64,000 bases of DNA from a virus. Positions 45,396 through 55,362 of the stretch are shown here, piece after piece. A model generated the notes under the pieces. The model saw only the letters and a list, made by a program, of their open reading frames with translations. It did not search any database and had not been told where the DNA came from. Location of the stretch: positions 128,001 through 192,000 of IMG/VR virus record IMGVR_UViG_3300045988_176431. The stretch is one strand, 5' to 3'. The translations under genes and the position numbers were made by a program. The first letter of the stretch is position 1. Each line of letters starts with the position of its first letter.

Positions 45396-48300
45396 TTATA
45401 ATTTAAATAACTTTTCTACTGGGCTATCTGATTCTGTTTTTTTCTCTCTTTCACGATTTACGGATGCTGTAATCATGGAATCCATATCTTCAAAAGTAAT
45501 TGCTGAGAATGTAGAAGCATATTGACATACTTGTCGAATACTTGCCATACTATAATCATATTCAGATACTTGACTATTTGGTTTACCAATGATTTTAGCA
45601 AACTTATAAGAAGTATCTTTCTTATAACGATAAGAAACAGAAAGTATCACTTCTTCAATAATAGATGGAACACCAAAATCTACATCACTAAGCTCTTGAT
45701 TTTCTTTCCATACTTGTAATGTCTTTGAATATGGAATTGAAGTTGGAACTTTACCAAATGTAATAAATCGTAAATAAGTCTGAGCATTTTCAGAATCTAC
45801 AATAAGAGAGCGATTACATACTTTATTTCCTTTAAAGAATTTAATCACTCGACAAGGGATTTCTCCTTCACCAGGAATATCAATAACCCTTGATTCTACA
45901 TTAGGTGCCTGAATATCAATCCATAATGGAATATTCATCGTATCAATGTATTGAAGTTTTCCATTTGTAAAAATACCCACATTTACAATACCAAAAGATG
46001 AGATATAACTTCCCATACTTTCTGCAAATTTGTAATTTTTATCAAAATAGAAGAATGGAATATAAATTTCACAATAAGCATCCTTTAAAATAATATCAGT
46101 TGCTGTTGCATCAAAAATTCCTTGCTTCTTATTTAATAAAAGAATTTCATCTGGGTTTAATTGATTTGTTTTAATTACATTATTATGGAATTTCTTCATA
46201 TTTAAGTTTGTAAGGGTTGTTGCCACTTTAGAGGCATCCAAACCAATAAACTTATTATTGTATCGTCCTGTACATTTTGAACAGAGTCTATCTCCTGTAC
46301 AAAACATTGGGCTATATACATGAATTTTCTTTCCAATATAATTCTTGATATTATTTTCATCTAATAAATAAGGTTTACCATTCACTTTAATATTACGATT
46401 GATAAAATCTGATTTATTTGATTCTGTTAATGTAACTTCTAATGTCTTATCAGTACCACAATCAGTTCCATCATCATCGATGATTTCTGTTTGCATTCCA
46501 GCAATTAACTGTTTTGCTAAATAACCAGAATCTGCTGTACCAACTGCTTTTGGATAAGCACCTGTGACAACTGAGTTTGCAAAAGCAGGAATATCAGACT
46601 TTTCAATTCCATCCATAAGGGAGGAACGTACAATATCATATTTTTTTGTAAGTGGATTGTAAATTGCACCTTTCATCAAAATGATATTTTTTAAGTTATT
46701 TCCGATACTACCTCTAGCACCAGAATAATATAAATCAAGTCCAGGGTCTCCTTCTAATACTTCCTCTGTCTTTTTAATTAATTCTTTTTCAACCTTTTCT
46801 GCGGTAACGACATCACCAGCATCAAGTTCTTTCTTATATTTTTTTAATAATTGGTCTTTTAATGTTTTTACTTCCTTTGGAATCTCAATCGTTGGAGCAG
46901 TAAAGGATGTAGTAATCACTGCATGAAGTTGTAATCCCAACCAGTCCCTTGAATCGATATAACTAGCCATTTGTTCAGCAGTTATTGTATCTGAAGTAAG
47001 TAAAATAGCTAAGATTTTTTCTAATTCAGAAAGACCTTTTGCATTTATCTTATGATTAACAAATCCAACTTTTTCTTCTAATTGGTTATCTTCTAAAATA
47101 ATCTTGTTAAAGATAATTCGTCCAACTGTTGTTCGAATTGCTTGTTTATTCTTATGATATTTCATTGGTCGAATAACAGCAATATCAGTTGGATGGTATG
47201 GTGGAACAATCGTTGTATTACCCTCTTTCTTTCTACCAAATAATTCAACTAAATAATCAAATGTAATATCTGATGATTTCATAGAAAGAAGTTCTTCTAC
47301 AAATTGTTGTGAAACGGTCTTTGAATCTTTTAATGGATCTTTTGTTAAAGCATATAATGTCTGAATTGCTTCATTACCAACAACACGGATATTCTTTCCA
47401 GTAGGAGTAATGAAATAAGATTTACTATTGATAACTCTTTCAATTTCAGCATTTGCTTCTTGTGTCCACAAGATTTTAGCAGTAATCTGGTCACCATCAT
47501 AATCACCACCAATTCCTTTTAAGTAAGCATTTGAGAATTGGATGGATTCTTTAAAGTATATAGCGATATTCTGTTTCGGAATTGACATATCAATATTTGG
47601 ATAAAACTTATAAATAGTATTATTAACTTTCACTGGAATTGTCGTAAGAGTTGACGTAACTCTTACTCTTCCTAAAAATACACCATAAGAATCCGTAACT
47701 GGATAACGAGTAATTAAAGCATGTTTATCCTTTGTAACATCATATGCCGCCATATATAATAAATCAGTAACTGTAAAAGGTCTGTCACTAATTGTACTAT
47801 ATTCTTTTTCATTATTGTAATCTACGATTTTACCAGAAAATCTTGCTTTACCAAATTTACCACCCTCTAAAGGAATTAAAATAGGATTAAATCTAGATTC
47901 TGGATTACGAATATATTGATCCATCATCTTTTTGATGTAATCATCTGTATAATATAATTCTGGTTTATAAATATTAATTCCTTCATAACTTCCAGCAATT
48001 AACATCGAGTTTTGCTGTTGAATAATGTTATTCTCAAAAAAGTCTTTAATCCATTTCATCATGAATGGATAACAAAGAGAACACACCTGAGAAATTGGTA
48101 TACCAATATGTCTGAAATCAATTTCCATATCTTTTGCTTTTTCTGCATGAAAGTTTGGTGTTGAAATAACAGAACGAACACAATAATCTACATTCTTACC
48201 CATTAAGAATCTTCTTATCATACCATTCTTATTTGCTAATTTTGTTTTAAAGAAATCATATACATCAACAAGCAAACTTTGAATATTATAATAGGTGCTA

Positions 48301-48890
48301 TGAAGAGTAAAATCAAACATATCACGTTCTTTTAATAAAGATGCTAAACGAATAATTTTAGAATACATATTATTGATTGGCTCTGTCTCTCCACCACCTG
48401 CTTGGTCTGCTTTAATGTCACGATAAAAAGCAGGTATTACAATTTCATATTCTGTAAAAATTTCAGTTTTTTTCGATTTCGTTAATAAATCAATTCTTTC
48501 ATTTCTCATTCCAGAAGAAGCGATTGTTTTTTCCCATTTAATTTTCTCCCAATCATCATAAATACTTTCTAGTCCTGTTTTACCATTATCATCTTGAATA
48601 ATATGACCATCTTTATCAAGTGAATAATAGAAATCACCATTAATAATTTTTTCAATATTACGATATAATCGTTTCAGAACTTTATAAGCATGAGGAGCAA
48701 AAAAATGTCCATTTAATTTAATATAAGCAAATGTACTTTTTCTACTTCGTACATCTACACCGAATATTTCATTTGATATTAAACCATCTGGGTCTGGTAC
48801 ATTTCCTCTCTGGAAAAGTATTGGACTCTTAATTTCTTTTAAATGGTTTAAATCAATAAACTCTTTCACATCGAAAAGTTCTATTTTCAT
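45396..48890 (-). CDS. multisubunit RNA polymerase beta-prime-like subunit (full length)
   Basis: 'RRFLMGKNVDYCVRSVISTPN' matches bacterial 'GKRVDYSGRSVI'. 'GGDYDGDQI' matches the catalytic NADFDGD. 'YSGARGSIGNNLKNIILMKGAI' matches 'SGARGS..Q..Q..GMRG'. 'GTADSGYLAKQLI' matches the bridge-helix 'NSGYLTRRLV'. ATG 48890 behind SD aggtga. Confidence 0.85.
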   Translation of the reverse strand: MKIELFDVKEFIDLNHLKEIKSPILFQRGNVPDPDGLISNEIFGVDVRSRKSTFAYIKLNGHFFAPHAYKVLKRLYRNIEKIINGDFYYSLDKDGHIIQDDNGKTGLESIYDDWEKIKWEKTIASSGMRNERIDLLTKSKKTEIFTEYEIVIPAFYRDIKADQAGGGETEPINNMYSKIIRLASLLKERDMFDFTLHSTYYNIQSLLVDVYDFFKTKLANKNGMIRRFLMGKNVDYCVRSVISTPNFHAEKAKDMEIDFRHIGIPISQVCSLCYPFMMKWIKDFFENNIIQQQNSMLIAGSYEGINIYKPELYYTDDYIKKMMDQYIRNPESRFNPILIPLEGGKFGKARFSGKIVDYNNEKEYSTISDRPFTVTDLLYMAAYDVTKDKHALITRYPVTDSYGVFLGRVRVTSTLTTIPVKVNNTIYKFYPNIDMSIPKQNIAIYFKESIQFSNAYLKGIGGDYDGDQITAKILWTQEANAEIERVINSKSYFITPTGKNIRVVGNEAIQTLYALTKDPLKDSKTVSQQFVEELLSMKSSDITFDYLVELFGRKKEGNTTIVPPYHPTDIAVIRPMKYHKNKQAIRTTVGRIIFNKIILEDNQLEEKVGFVNHKINAKGLSELEKILAILLTSDTITAEQMASYIDSRDWLGLQLHAVITTSFTAPTIEIPKEVKTLKDQLLKKYKKELDAGDVVTAEKVEKELIKKTEEVLEGDPGLDLYYSGARGSIGNNLKNIILMKGAIYNPLTKKYDIVRSSLMDGIEKSDIPAFANSVVTGAYPKAVGTADSGYLAKQLIAGMQTEIIDDDGTDCGTDKTLEVTLTESNKSDFINRNIKVNGKPYLLDENNIKNYIGKKIHVYSPMFCTGDRLCSKCTGRYNNKFIGLDASKVATTLTNLNMKKFHNNVIKTNQLNPDEILLLNKKQGIFDATATDIILKDAYCEIYIPFFYFDKNYKFAESMGSYISSFGIVNVGIFTNGKLQYIDTMNIPLWIDIQAPNVESRVIDIPGEGEIPCRVIKFFKGNKVCNRSLIVDSENAQTYLRFITFGKVPTSIPYSKTLQVWKENQELSDVDFGVPSIIEEVILSVSYRYKKDTSYKFAKIIGKPNSQVSEYDYSMASIRQVCQYASTFSAITFEDMDSMITASVNREREKKTESDSPVEKLFKL

Positions 48891-48913
48891 TTTTATTCTC
48901 ACCTACTTTCCTT

Positions 48914-48928
48914 AAGTTAATGTTTTTT
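48914..48928 (-). promoter_or_regulatory. A-tract/ACA promoter-like motif
   Basis: AAAAAACATTAACTT, 32 nt upstream of ATG 48890. Confidence 0.6.
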
Positions 48929-48931
48929 AGG

Positions 48932-48979
48932 GATAAAATTAGTAGGTGTAAGAATAAAAAATCTTACACCTACTAATTT
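48932..48979 (-). terminator. intrinsic terminator upstream of the RNAP promoter motif
   Basis: 18-bp stem aaattagtaggtgtaaga / tcttacacctactaattt. Confidence 0.7.
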
Positions 48980-48981
48980 AT

Positions 48982-49311
48982 TTAAAACATCTTGCTTTCA
49001 TCATAAATGATAACAAGTTTCATCTTTTTATTTTTCTTATTTTTTCGAGTCTCTACTTTATAACCTGAGGCGATCATTTCTTCCTTAATTTCCTCTTTAA
49101 TTTCAGAATCTGTATTTTTTAAAGTAAGTTCAATATCCAGAGTATTTTCATCTGCGAAATTATACTTTAAAGAAACGATATTATCACTGAAATCTTTTAC
49201 AAGAGAAAAGAAATTCATAAATTTACGATATTTTTTACATATCACCTCTTCTAAAATAGAAAGCTCTTTCCCTGATAAGGATTTCATATATTCAGACAAA
49301 CTGGCTTTCAT
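48982..49311 (-). CDS. hypothetical protein
   Basis: 109-aa ORF with SD aatgaggtga. Confidence 0.6.
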   Translation of the reverse strand: MKASLSEYMKSLSGKELSILEEVICKKYRKFMNFFSLVKDFSDNIVSLKYNFADENTLDIELTLKNTDSEIKEEIKEEMIASGYKVETRKNKKNKKMKLVIIYDESKMF

Positions 49312-49360
49312 TCTTTCACCTCATTTTATATTATTAAGTTCGGGGTTAAAATAATATAAA

Positions 49361-49540
49361 TTAAGGAAGTAAAATGGAATTTCGAGCATCTTCTCTTTCT
49401 TGATTTGCTCTCGCTTCATCAAGCATTTTTTCTTCTTCCATTAATCTTTCTTGCCTTGAGTTAATTAATTCTTGCATTTGCTTATATGGTAATTTCCATA
49501 AAATATCATCAATTGTTAATTCACCTTTAAATAGTGCCAA
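49361..49540 (-). CDS. possible 59-aa coiled-coil ORF (TTG start) or frameshift extension
   Basis: Hand-translated as LALFKGELTIDDILWKLPYKQMQELINSRQERLMEEEKMLDEARANQEREDARNSILLP. Fills a 237-nt gap, but there is no good SD. Confidence 0.3.
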   Translation of the reverse strand: MALFKGELTIDDILWKLPYKQMQELINSRQERLMEEEKMLDEARANQEREDARNSILLP

Positions 49541-49548
49541 CGCCTCAT

Positions 49549-51264
49549 CTAAGCTTCTGGAAAATTGTCTACGACTACTGACGTATTTATCAAGCGTTGA
49601 CGGGCATAAAAAACCAGTTCATCAGGTGTTACTGGAACACTTCCTGTAACATATCCACAGTCTGGACACACAACATTCTTAACACTAAATTCTACACCGT
49701 ACTGAGCAATACATTTCTGATAGATAGCAGAAATAATTTCAATATCAGTAGATGGCGTAAACTCAGCCAAAATATTAAGCATCTTCATACCGTTTGTAAT
49801 TCTACGATATTTTCCTGATTTTGTTGGAATATTGATCGCACGAACAACCTGAAGTAAGAAACTAAGTTCAACACGAACATCATCAAATTCTTTTCCTTCT
49901 TCTTCAGCTTCTTCTTCCTCTTCTTTCAATCGATTAATAACTGAAAGTACATTCTCTAAATAATCATACATAGAGATTGGACCAACCTCTAATACATATT
50001 TAGAAGCAGGCAATTTCATTCTTGTTACTTTACGAACATCAGATGTTTCTGCAATCTTAACATATTCTTCATAAGAACTTGCTTCTGCAATCTTTCTGAT
50101 TTCTTCCAAATACTTATCACCAGCAGTATCAAAATCAATCAAAGATCTTGTTAAGAAAGTATGGTTAAACTGTTTACCACACTCTTTCTTCTGACATCTA
50201 AATCCAATAGAATCTTTCTCTGGATTTGTTGCAATCACAAGACCATATGTAGCCAAGTTAAGATCTACGAACGCAAATTTCTTCAAGAAATCATCAAAAC
50301 TTTCAAATGCTCCACAAGAAATATTTGTCATACGTTTGTAAACAACTGTTGCTTTCTTACGCATCTTATCATAGTTCAGATAATCTTCATTATCATTGTC
50401 ATCATAAGCAATTGTAATATCAGCAAGTTCACCCCAACTAAGTCCAAGCATATCTGCTTTGAATCCGGATGCAGGGAACACCATATTCTGTTTAGAAACA
50501 GAAAGCTGATGTTTTTCAATATCATCCATGAAACTCATATCATCGTCATCGTTATTTGCATAATCAACTTCCATAGTTTCCAATTCAAGATTTTCTACCT
50601 CAGTAACATGAATTTCATTAGATTCCGTAATTAATTTATTTTCTTTATCAGTAAACGCAACATCACGACCAAGACCCGTCTTATCAATGATAATATTAAT
50701 CTTAGTCTTACGTTTTTCTGTTTTTTCTAAATCCTCATCTGTCACATCTTCTGCTTTCATTGTGACAGGTTCTTTGGATTCTTCTTCTTTAATTTCTTCC
50801 TCTTTAAGCTCTTCTTTCTTTAATTCATGAGCAACTTCACGAGGAATAATATATTTTGCATCCTCTGGTACAATAACATTACCATTTTCATCAACTGTAA
50901 CAGAATCAATTTCAGACATCATTTCTGCATCTTCACCTTGATTTCTCGGTTTACGAACAATAGTAACAAGTTTTGCTTTTTCAGTAGTTTCATTTAATTC
51001 ATTAACTTTTTCTTTTACATCTTCATCACGTTCTGGTGTTTCGAAGACATTTTTAAGAGGAGCACCCTCTTCTTGAGATGCTTTCATCTCTTCATCCGTT
51101 GCAACAATGCCTGGTTGTTTATTTTTAATTGCTTCATCAATTGGAAGTACCTCTTTTTCTTCATTAACAGGTGTTTCCTCTGTATTACTCATCAAACTCT
51201 GAAGATTTAAGGTACTATCTTTTTCTACTTTAATTTCTTCATTTTTTGTTTCTACTTCTGACAT
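49549..51264 (-). CDS. hypothetical protein with acidic N-half and Cys-pair zinc-ribbon-like C-half
   Basis: 571-aa ORF with 'CQKKECGKQF' and 'CPDCGYV'. Confidence 0.65.
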   Translation of the reverse strand: MSEVETKNEEIKVEKDSTLNLQSLMSNTEETPVNEEKEVLPIDEAIKNKQPGIVATDEEMKASQEEGAPLKNVFETPERDEDVKEKVNELNETTEKAKLVTIVRKPRNQGEDAEMMSEIDSVTVDENGNVIVPEDAKYIIPREVAHELKKEELKEEEIKEEESKEPVTMKAEDVTDEDLEKTEKRKTKINIIIDKTGLGRDVAFTDKENKLITESNEIHVTEVENLELETMEVDYANNDDDDMSFMDDIEKHQLSVSKQNMVFPASGFKADMLGLSWGELADITIAYDDNDNEDYLNYDKMRKKATVVYKRMTNISCGAFESFDDFLKKFAFVDLNLATYGLVIATNPEKDSIGFRCQKKECGKQFNHTFLTRSLIDFDTAGDKYLEEIRKIAEASSYEEYVKIAETSDVRKVTRMKLPASKYVLEVGPISMYDYLENVLSVINRLKEEEEEAEEEGKEFDDVRVELSFLLQVVRAINIPTKSGKYRRITNGMKMLNILAEFTPSTDIEIISAIYQKCIAQYGVEFSVKNVVCPDCGYVTGSVPVTPDELVFYARQRLINTSVVVDNFPEA

Positions 51265-51290
51265 AATATAAATCCTACCTTTCTATATTT

Positions 51291-51710
51291 TTATGCAAAT
51301 GATGATTGCATAATTTCGTAATTATAAATTACATTATTTTTTGCACCACTTGTAATACCAATCACCAATATATTATTAGCGACTTCTTCTGCTGTTGGAG
51401 CAACGATTAATAATGTAGTTTTACCATCTTCATTTTTTACTACCTTTACATCAATATCACCAGATTCAATATCACTAGTTAATAATGAACATTGTAAAGC
51501 AATTGCTGATTTTATTGCTTTTTCATCAATTGAATCTTCAAATTGATAAAAATATCGTTGAAGATTCAATCCTATTTCAGGCATTGATGGAAAACATCCC
51601 GGCTTACCAAAACATATCATAAGTAATGTATTAATAAGCACATCATTTCCTTTTAGCATTTTTGGTGCATTGAAATCATTTAAACCAAAGACTGGTTCAT
51701 TATAAGTCAT
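51291..51710 (-). CDS. possible gp25/GPW-like baseplate wedge protein
   Basis: 139 aa. 'ICFGKPGCFPSMPEIGLNLQRYFYQ' resembles the 'T..GER...P.FG..l..l.F' core of GPW_gp25. Confidence 0.4.
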   Translation of the reverse strand: MTYNEPVFGLNDFNAPKMLKGNDVLINTLLMICFGKPGCFPSMPEIGLNLQRYFYQFEDSIDEKAIKSAIALQCSLLTSDIESGDIDVKVVKNEDGKTTLLIVAPTAEEVANNILVIGITSGAKNNVIYNYEIMQSSFA

Positions 51711-51820
51711 GTCCTAACACCAACTTTCTTATTTACTTTAATAATATGTAACCATTATTAAAAATAATTAATTATGTGGACATTTCTTTAATATTTAATA
51801 GAAAGTGAAGGTGAATATAA

Positions 51821-52606
51821 ATGTCTAGTAAAAGAAAGATAAAATGCAAATTTTGTGATGCATTTTTTTATAATTTAGACGATTACGCCTCCCATGTAGA
51901 AAAATATCATAAAGATATGATGCGAAATGATATGACTCCCAGACAATTTGTCTATTTTCTAGTAACCGGAAAAGAACATGGAAGTTGTATCGTATGTCAT
52001 TCGAATACTTCTTGGGATGAAAAGACAAATAAATATAAAAGATTATGTGGTTCGAAAATTTGTCATGATAAATATGTAGAAACTTTTCGTAACCGAATGG
52101 TGAATAAATATGGAAAAACAACATTATTAAATGATCCAGAACAACAAAAGAAAATGTTAGCGAATCGAAAAATAAGTGGTGAATATCGATGGAGTACAGA
52201 CCCTCGTATAAAAATCCAATACACAGGAAGTTATGAACACAATTTCTTAGTATTCTTAGATCATATTATAGGAATGGACCCAAGTAATATTATGGCACCA
52301 TCTCCTCATAATTATTTCTATATATATGAAGGTAAAAAACATTTTTATATCCCTGACATTTTTATTCCTTCTCTTAATTTAGAGATTGAAATTAAAGATG
52401 GTGGTGATAATCCAAATACTCATCCAAAAATTGTTGCTGTTGATAAAGAAAAAGAACGATTAAAGGATGAAGTTATGAAATCAAAAGATATCCCATTTGA
52501 TTACATAAAAATTGTGAATAAAAAACATATTCGGTTCTTAGAGTATTTAGATTTATCAAAACAAAGAGATTTAAAGAATGAAAAGAATAAGATTGTGTTA
52601 ATATAG
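51821..52606 (+). CDS. zinc-finger plus PD-(D/E)xK-like nuclease
   Basis: 'CKFCDAFFYNLDDYASHVEKYH' (C2H2-like), a second Cys/His cluster, then 'YIPDIFIPSLNLEIEIKDGG' (D...ExK). Confidence 0.5.
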   Translation: MSSKRKIKCKFCDAFFYNLDDYASHVEKYHKDMMRNDMTPRQFVYFLVTGKEHGSCIVCHSNTSWDEKTNKYKRLCGSKICHDKYVETFRNRMVNKYGKTTLLNDPEQQKKMLANRKISGEYRWSTDPRIKIQYTGSYEHNFLVFLDHIIGMDPSNIMAPSPHNYFYIYEGKKHFYIPDIFIPSLNLEIEIKDGGDNPNTHPKIVAVDKEKERLKDEVMKSKDIPFDYIKIVNKKHIRFLEYLDLSKQRDLKNEKNKIVLI

Positions 52607-52625
52607 AAAGGTGGATAATAAAGAA

Positions 52626-53774
52626 ATGGAATTAAAAAATAAAATGATAATTGATATTTCAACAGAAGAATATAATTTACCAAAATTAAAAGAAATGCTT
52701 GTGAATGGTGATATATCAATCTATGATTTAACGACTCTTTACCCGATGTTTAAAGAGACGACACGATCCTCTTTAAATTTAGGAATAGCAAATTTCCTTA
52801 AAACTGAATCAAATAATAAAGAGGGAAGACTTCATATCATGCCAAATCACATCATAACAAAGAAACTTATGAAATATCTTAAACCTAATGTAGAAGAAAT
52901 TAAGGTACAAGACCATGTAACTTATGGTAAAATTATATTAGAGACATTCTCTAAAATTATAGAAGAAATTAAAAATTTTTCAAAACCTTGTCAGATATTA
53001 TTTAACGAGGCAATCACTCATTCATGTACATCCATTGAAAAGTTATCAAAAGTAGTCAATACATTACTAGAATCTTATGAAAAAATGGATGATGTTGAAC
53101 TTAGTTTTACAATGACAGAGATGATTCCATATAAATTACACCAATATTATACATGGTTTAAATTAATCAATTGCATACCAGGAAGTATTATAGAAACATC
53201 TGGAATTAATGTAGTTTGGGATCAAATAATTAACTTAGATTCAAATAAAAAAAATGAAATTAATTATGGTTTAAATACAATTGATTACTTCATTAAATTT
53301 TCTGAAAAATCAAAGAAAGCTCTTTCTAGATTTTTTAAATTTGAATACACAGGAGATTATTCAGATAAAGATGAGAATGAAGAAAAAATAATATCAAATT
53401 TATTTGGAAAAAAACCTAAAGATATTGATGAATCTGGTATTCGAAAAACCAATATAACAAAACCTTTGATTGAAGATATATTGGAAGAAAAAACAGGAAA
53501 AGAATACTCTATTACATTTGATATTGATGAAAATCAGTTATATCATATCAAAAAAGATTTAAATATTGATATTCATGGAGATTACTTTAAAGCAGATAAT
53601 GGTTTTTGTTATCGTCATTATATTATGGATAACTCTGAACTTGTAACATTATTTAAAATAATTGATGATGATAAAGTTTATGGTATTAGATTCATTAAAG
53701 ATGGAATTAGACTTTACCAATTTAGATTGAATAAAGATAAAAAATATTATTTTGATGAATGGGGATTGGAATAA
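52626..53774 (+). CDS. hypothetical protein
   Basis: ATG 52626 behind SD aaaggtgga. Confidence 0.6.
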   Translation: MELKNKMIIDISTEEYNLPKLKEMLVNGDISIYDLTTLYPMFKETTRSSLNLGIANFLKTESNNKEGRLHIMPNHIITKKLMKYLKPNVEEIKVQDHVTYGKIILETFSKIIEEIKNFSKPCQILFNEAITHSCTSIEKLSKVVNTLLESYEKMDDVELSFTMTEMIPYKLHQYYTWFKLINCIPGSIIETSGINVVWDQIINLDSNKKNEINYGLNTIDYFIKFSEKSKKALSRFFKFEYTGDYSDKDENEEKIISNLFGKKPKDIDESGIRKTNITKPLIEDILEEKTGKEYSITFDIDENQLYHIKKDLNIDIHGDYFKADNGFCYRHYIMDNSELVTLFKIIDDDKVYGIRFIKDGIRLYQFRLNKDKKYYFDEWGLE

Positions 53775-53779
53775 AAAAG

Positions 53780-53816
53780 AATTTGAGAAGTATAGATTTT
53801 CTATACTTCTCAAATT
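53780..53816. terminator. bidirectional terminator
   Basis: 16-bp stem aatttgagaagtatag / ctatacttctcaaatt. Confidence 0.75.
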
Positions 53817-53819
53817 TAT

Positions 53820-55040
53820 TTATCCTTCATATCCTTTCGGATACCAACTTACAATTAATTGTGAGTTATCTGGTATTTTATAATTTGTAATATACTTCTT
53901 AATTTGGAGTAATTGAACTCGATATCGATTCAATTGATTCTCCGAATTTGGGATAATATATTTTTTTGCTATTTTTGGATTATCCATAATAGAAAGATAA
54001 TATTCAATCATATCAAGTTTACTATTAATATATGACATAAGCATAATCTTATCATCAATGGATTGGATATCCTGTGATTTCATAGCTACATAGTCAATTT
54101 CATTTTGATTAACTGGTTTCAATTTTTTCTTTCTAATGTCAAGGAATTCTGTCATATAAGAATCCTCAATAATAGAATCTATTTCATTATTTACAGACTC
54201 GTATAACCACTCGTCAGTATAAGTAGTTTTCTGAAATGGGTTACAAATATCATTAATAAGTCCATTTACAGTTTCTGTCATATACATATCTTCTGGTAAA
54301 CGACCTGTAATTTCTTCATAACTTTCTTTCACCAATTTTGCTTTTCGTTTTTGAAGCATTTCAATTGATTTTTTCATATAATCAGTTGAGGTGGATAAAT
54401 TCTCACGAGATAATCCTCTTTGCTCAATCTTTGTCATTGCCGAAATCAATTCATTCAAATATCCATTTTTAACAGAGAATTGATCAGCTTTCAATTCTTT
54501 TTTTAAATCTGTTCTTGTATTACCATAAACACAAGCATTGATAAGTGGAATTTGAATCATCTTTTTAAACATTTTTTGTTTTAAGATAGATTTTGACTGG
54601 AACGGCATTGATACAAATGAGTATTGAATAACCATTTTGATTCTGGTTGGAACAGAATCTGTACAAACAACATGACCAATCTCATGTAATAATAAAGCAG
54701 ATAATTCTCTATCTGTAAATGAATTATCTAATACTCGTTCATCAATTTCAATCGTCCATTTATTACATTTTTCCCATAAATCTGTAATTGTTTCTTTTTT
54801 ACTCTTTTCATTTAAAAGATTAGATGTAATCTTATCTAATGCAGATTGTTCTGGAATAACAGACATAACAAAAGAATATTTTCGTTCTTTTGTTTTGATA
54901 ATTTTCACAGTAAAATCTTTTTTATATATCTTTTTTAAAGTGACCTCAAGTTTTTTAATGGCGTCTTCTTTTTTCATTCCATTTTTTAATTCACTAAAGA
55001 TTGCTTCAAATTCTTTTTTGTCTTCTGGAGATAATTTCAT
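53820..55040 (-). CDS. HExxH zinc-metallopeptidase-like protein
   Basis: 'SALLLHEIGHVVC'. SD ggtggtg and promoter motif upstream. Confidence 0.55.
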   Translation of the reverse strand: MKLSPEDKKEFEAIFSELKNGMKKEDAIKKLEVTLKKIYKKDFTVKIIKTKERKYSFVMSVIPEQSALDKITSNLLNEKSKKETITDLWEKCNKWTIEIDERVLDNSFTDRELSALLLHEIGHVVCTDSVPTRIKMVIQYSFVSMPFQSKSILKQKMFKKMIQIPLINACVYGNTRTDLKKELKADQFSVKNGYLNELISAMTKIEQRGLSRENLSTSTDYMKKSIEMLQKRKAKLVKESYEEITGRLPEDMYMTETVNGLINDICNPFQKTTYTDEWLYESVNNEIDSIIEDSYMTEFLDIRKKKLKPVNQNEIDYVAMKSQDIQSIDDKIMLMSYINSKLDMIEYYLSIMDNPKIAKKYIIPNSENQLNRYRVQLLQIKKYITNYKIPDNSQLIVSWYPKGYEG

Positions 55041-55080
55041 TTTTACACCACCATTTCTTTTTAATTATTTTCGAATCTAT

Positions 55081-55097
55081 ATTAAACTAATGTTTTT
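55081..55097 (-). promoter_or_regulatory. A-tract/ACA promoter-like motif
   Basis: AAAAACATTAGTTTAAT, 51 nt upstream of ATG 55040. Nearly identical over about 27 nt to the copy at 28681. Confidence 0.6.
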
Positions 55098-55109
55098 CAA
55101 TAAACAATG

Positions 55110-55362
55110 AATAGAAAAGAGAACTGAGTAATGTCAGCTCTCTTATGTTCTTAATTCATTCATCCTGCCTTTTTTGTTATCCTCCAGGATGAAGTACCGG
55201 ACAACTTCATCCTAGAAAATAACCACGATCAAATTACAAATAAATAAGGGAGGATAAAGTAAGAAAAAGTATTGTGTCAACAGAGGGACACACAATCCAT
55301 CTTACACAAGTGATTAAATCAACATATTCTACCAGGCTTTATAGAATACGAGACTTTCACAC
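55110..55362 (-). ncRNA. candidate ~250-nt non-coding RNA
   Basis: No ORF over 16 codons with an SD. Promoter motif at 55362-55380 (minus strand). The terminator stem at 55117-55144 is perfect, with one G-U pair, only when read on the minus strand, and is followed by a U-rich tail. Internal hairpin at 55187-55212. Confidence 0.4.
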
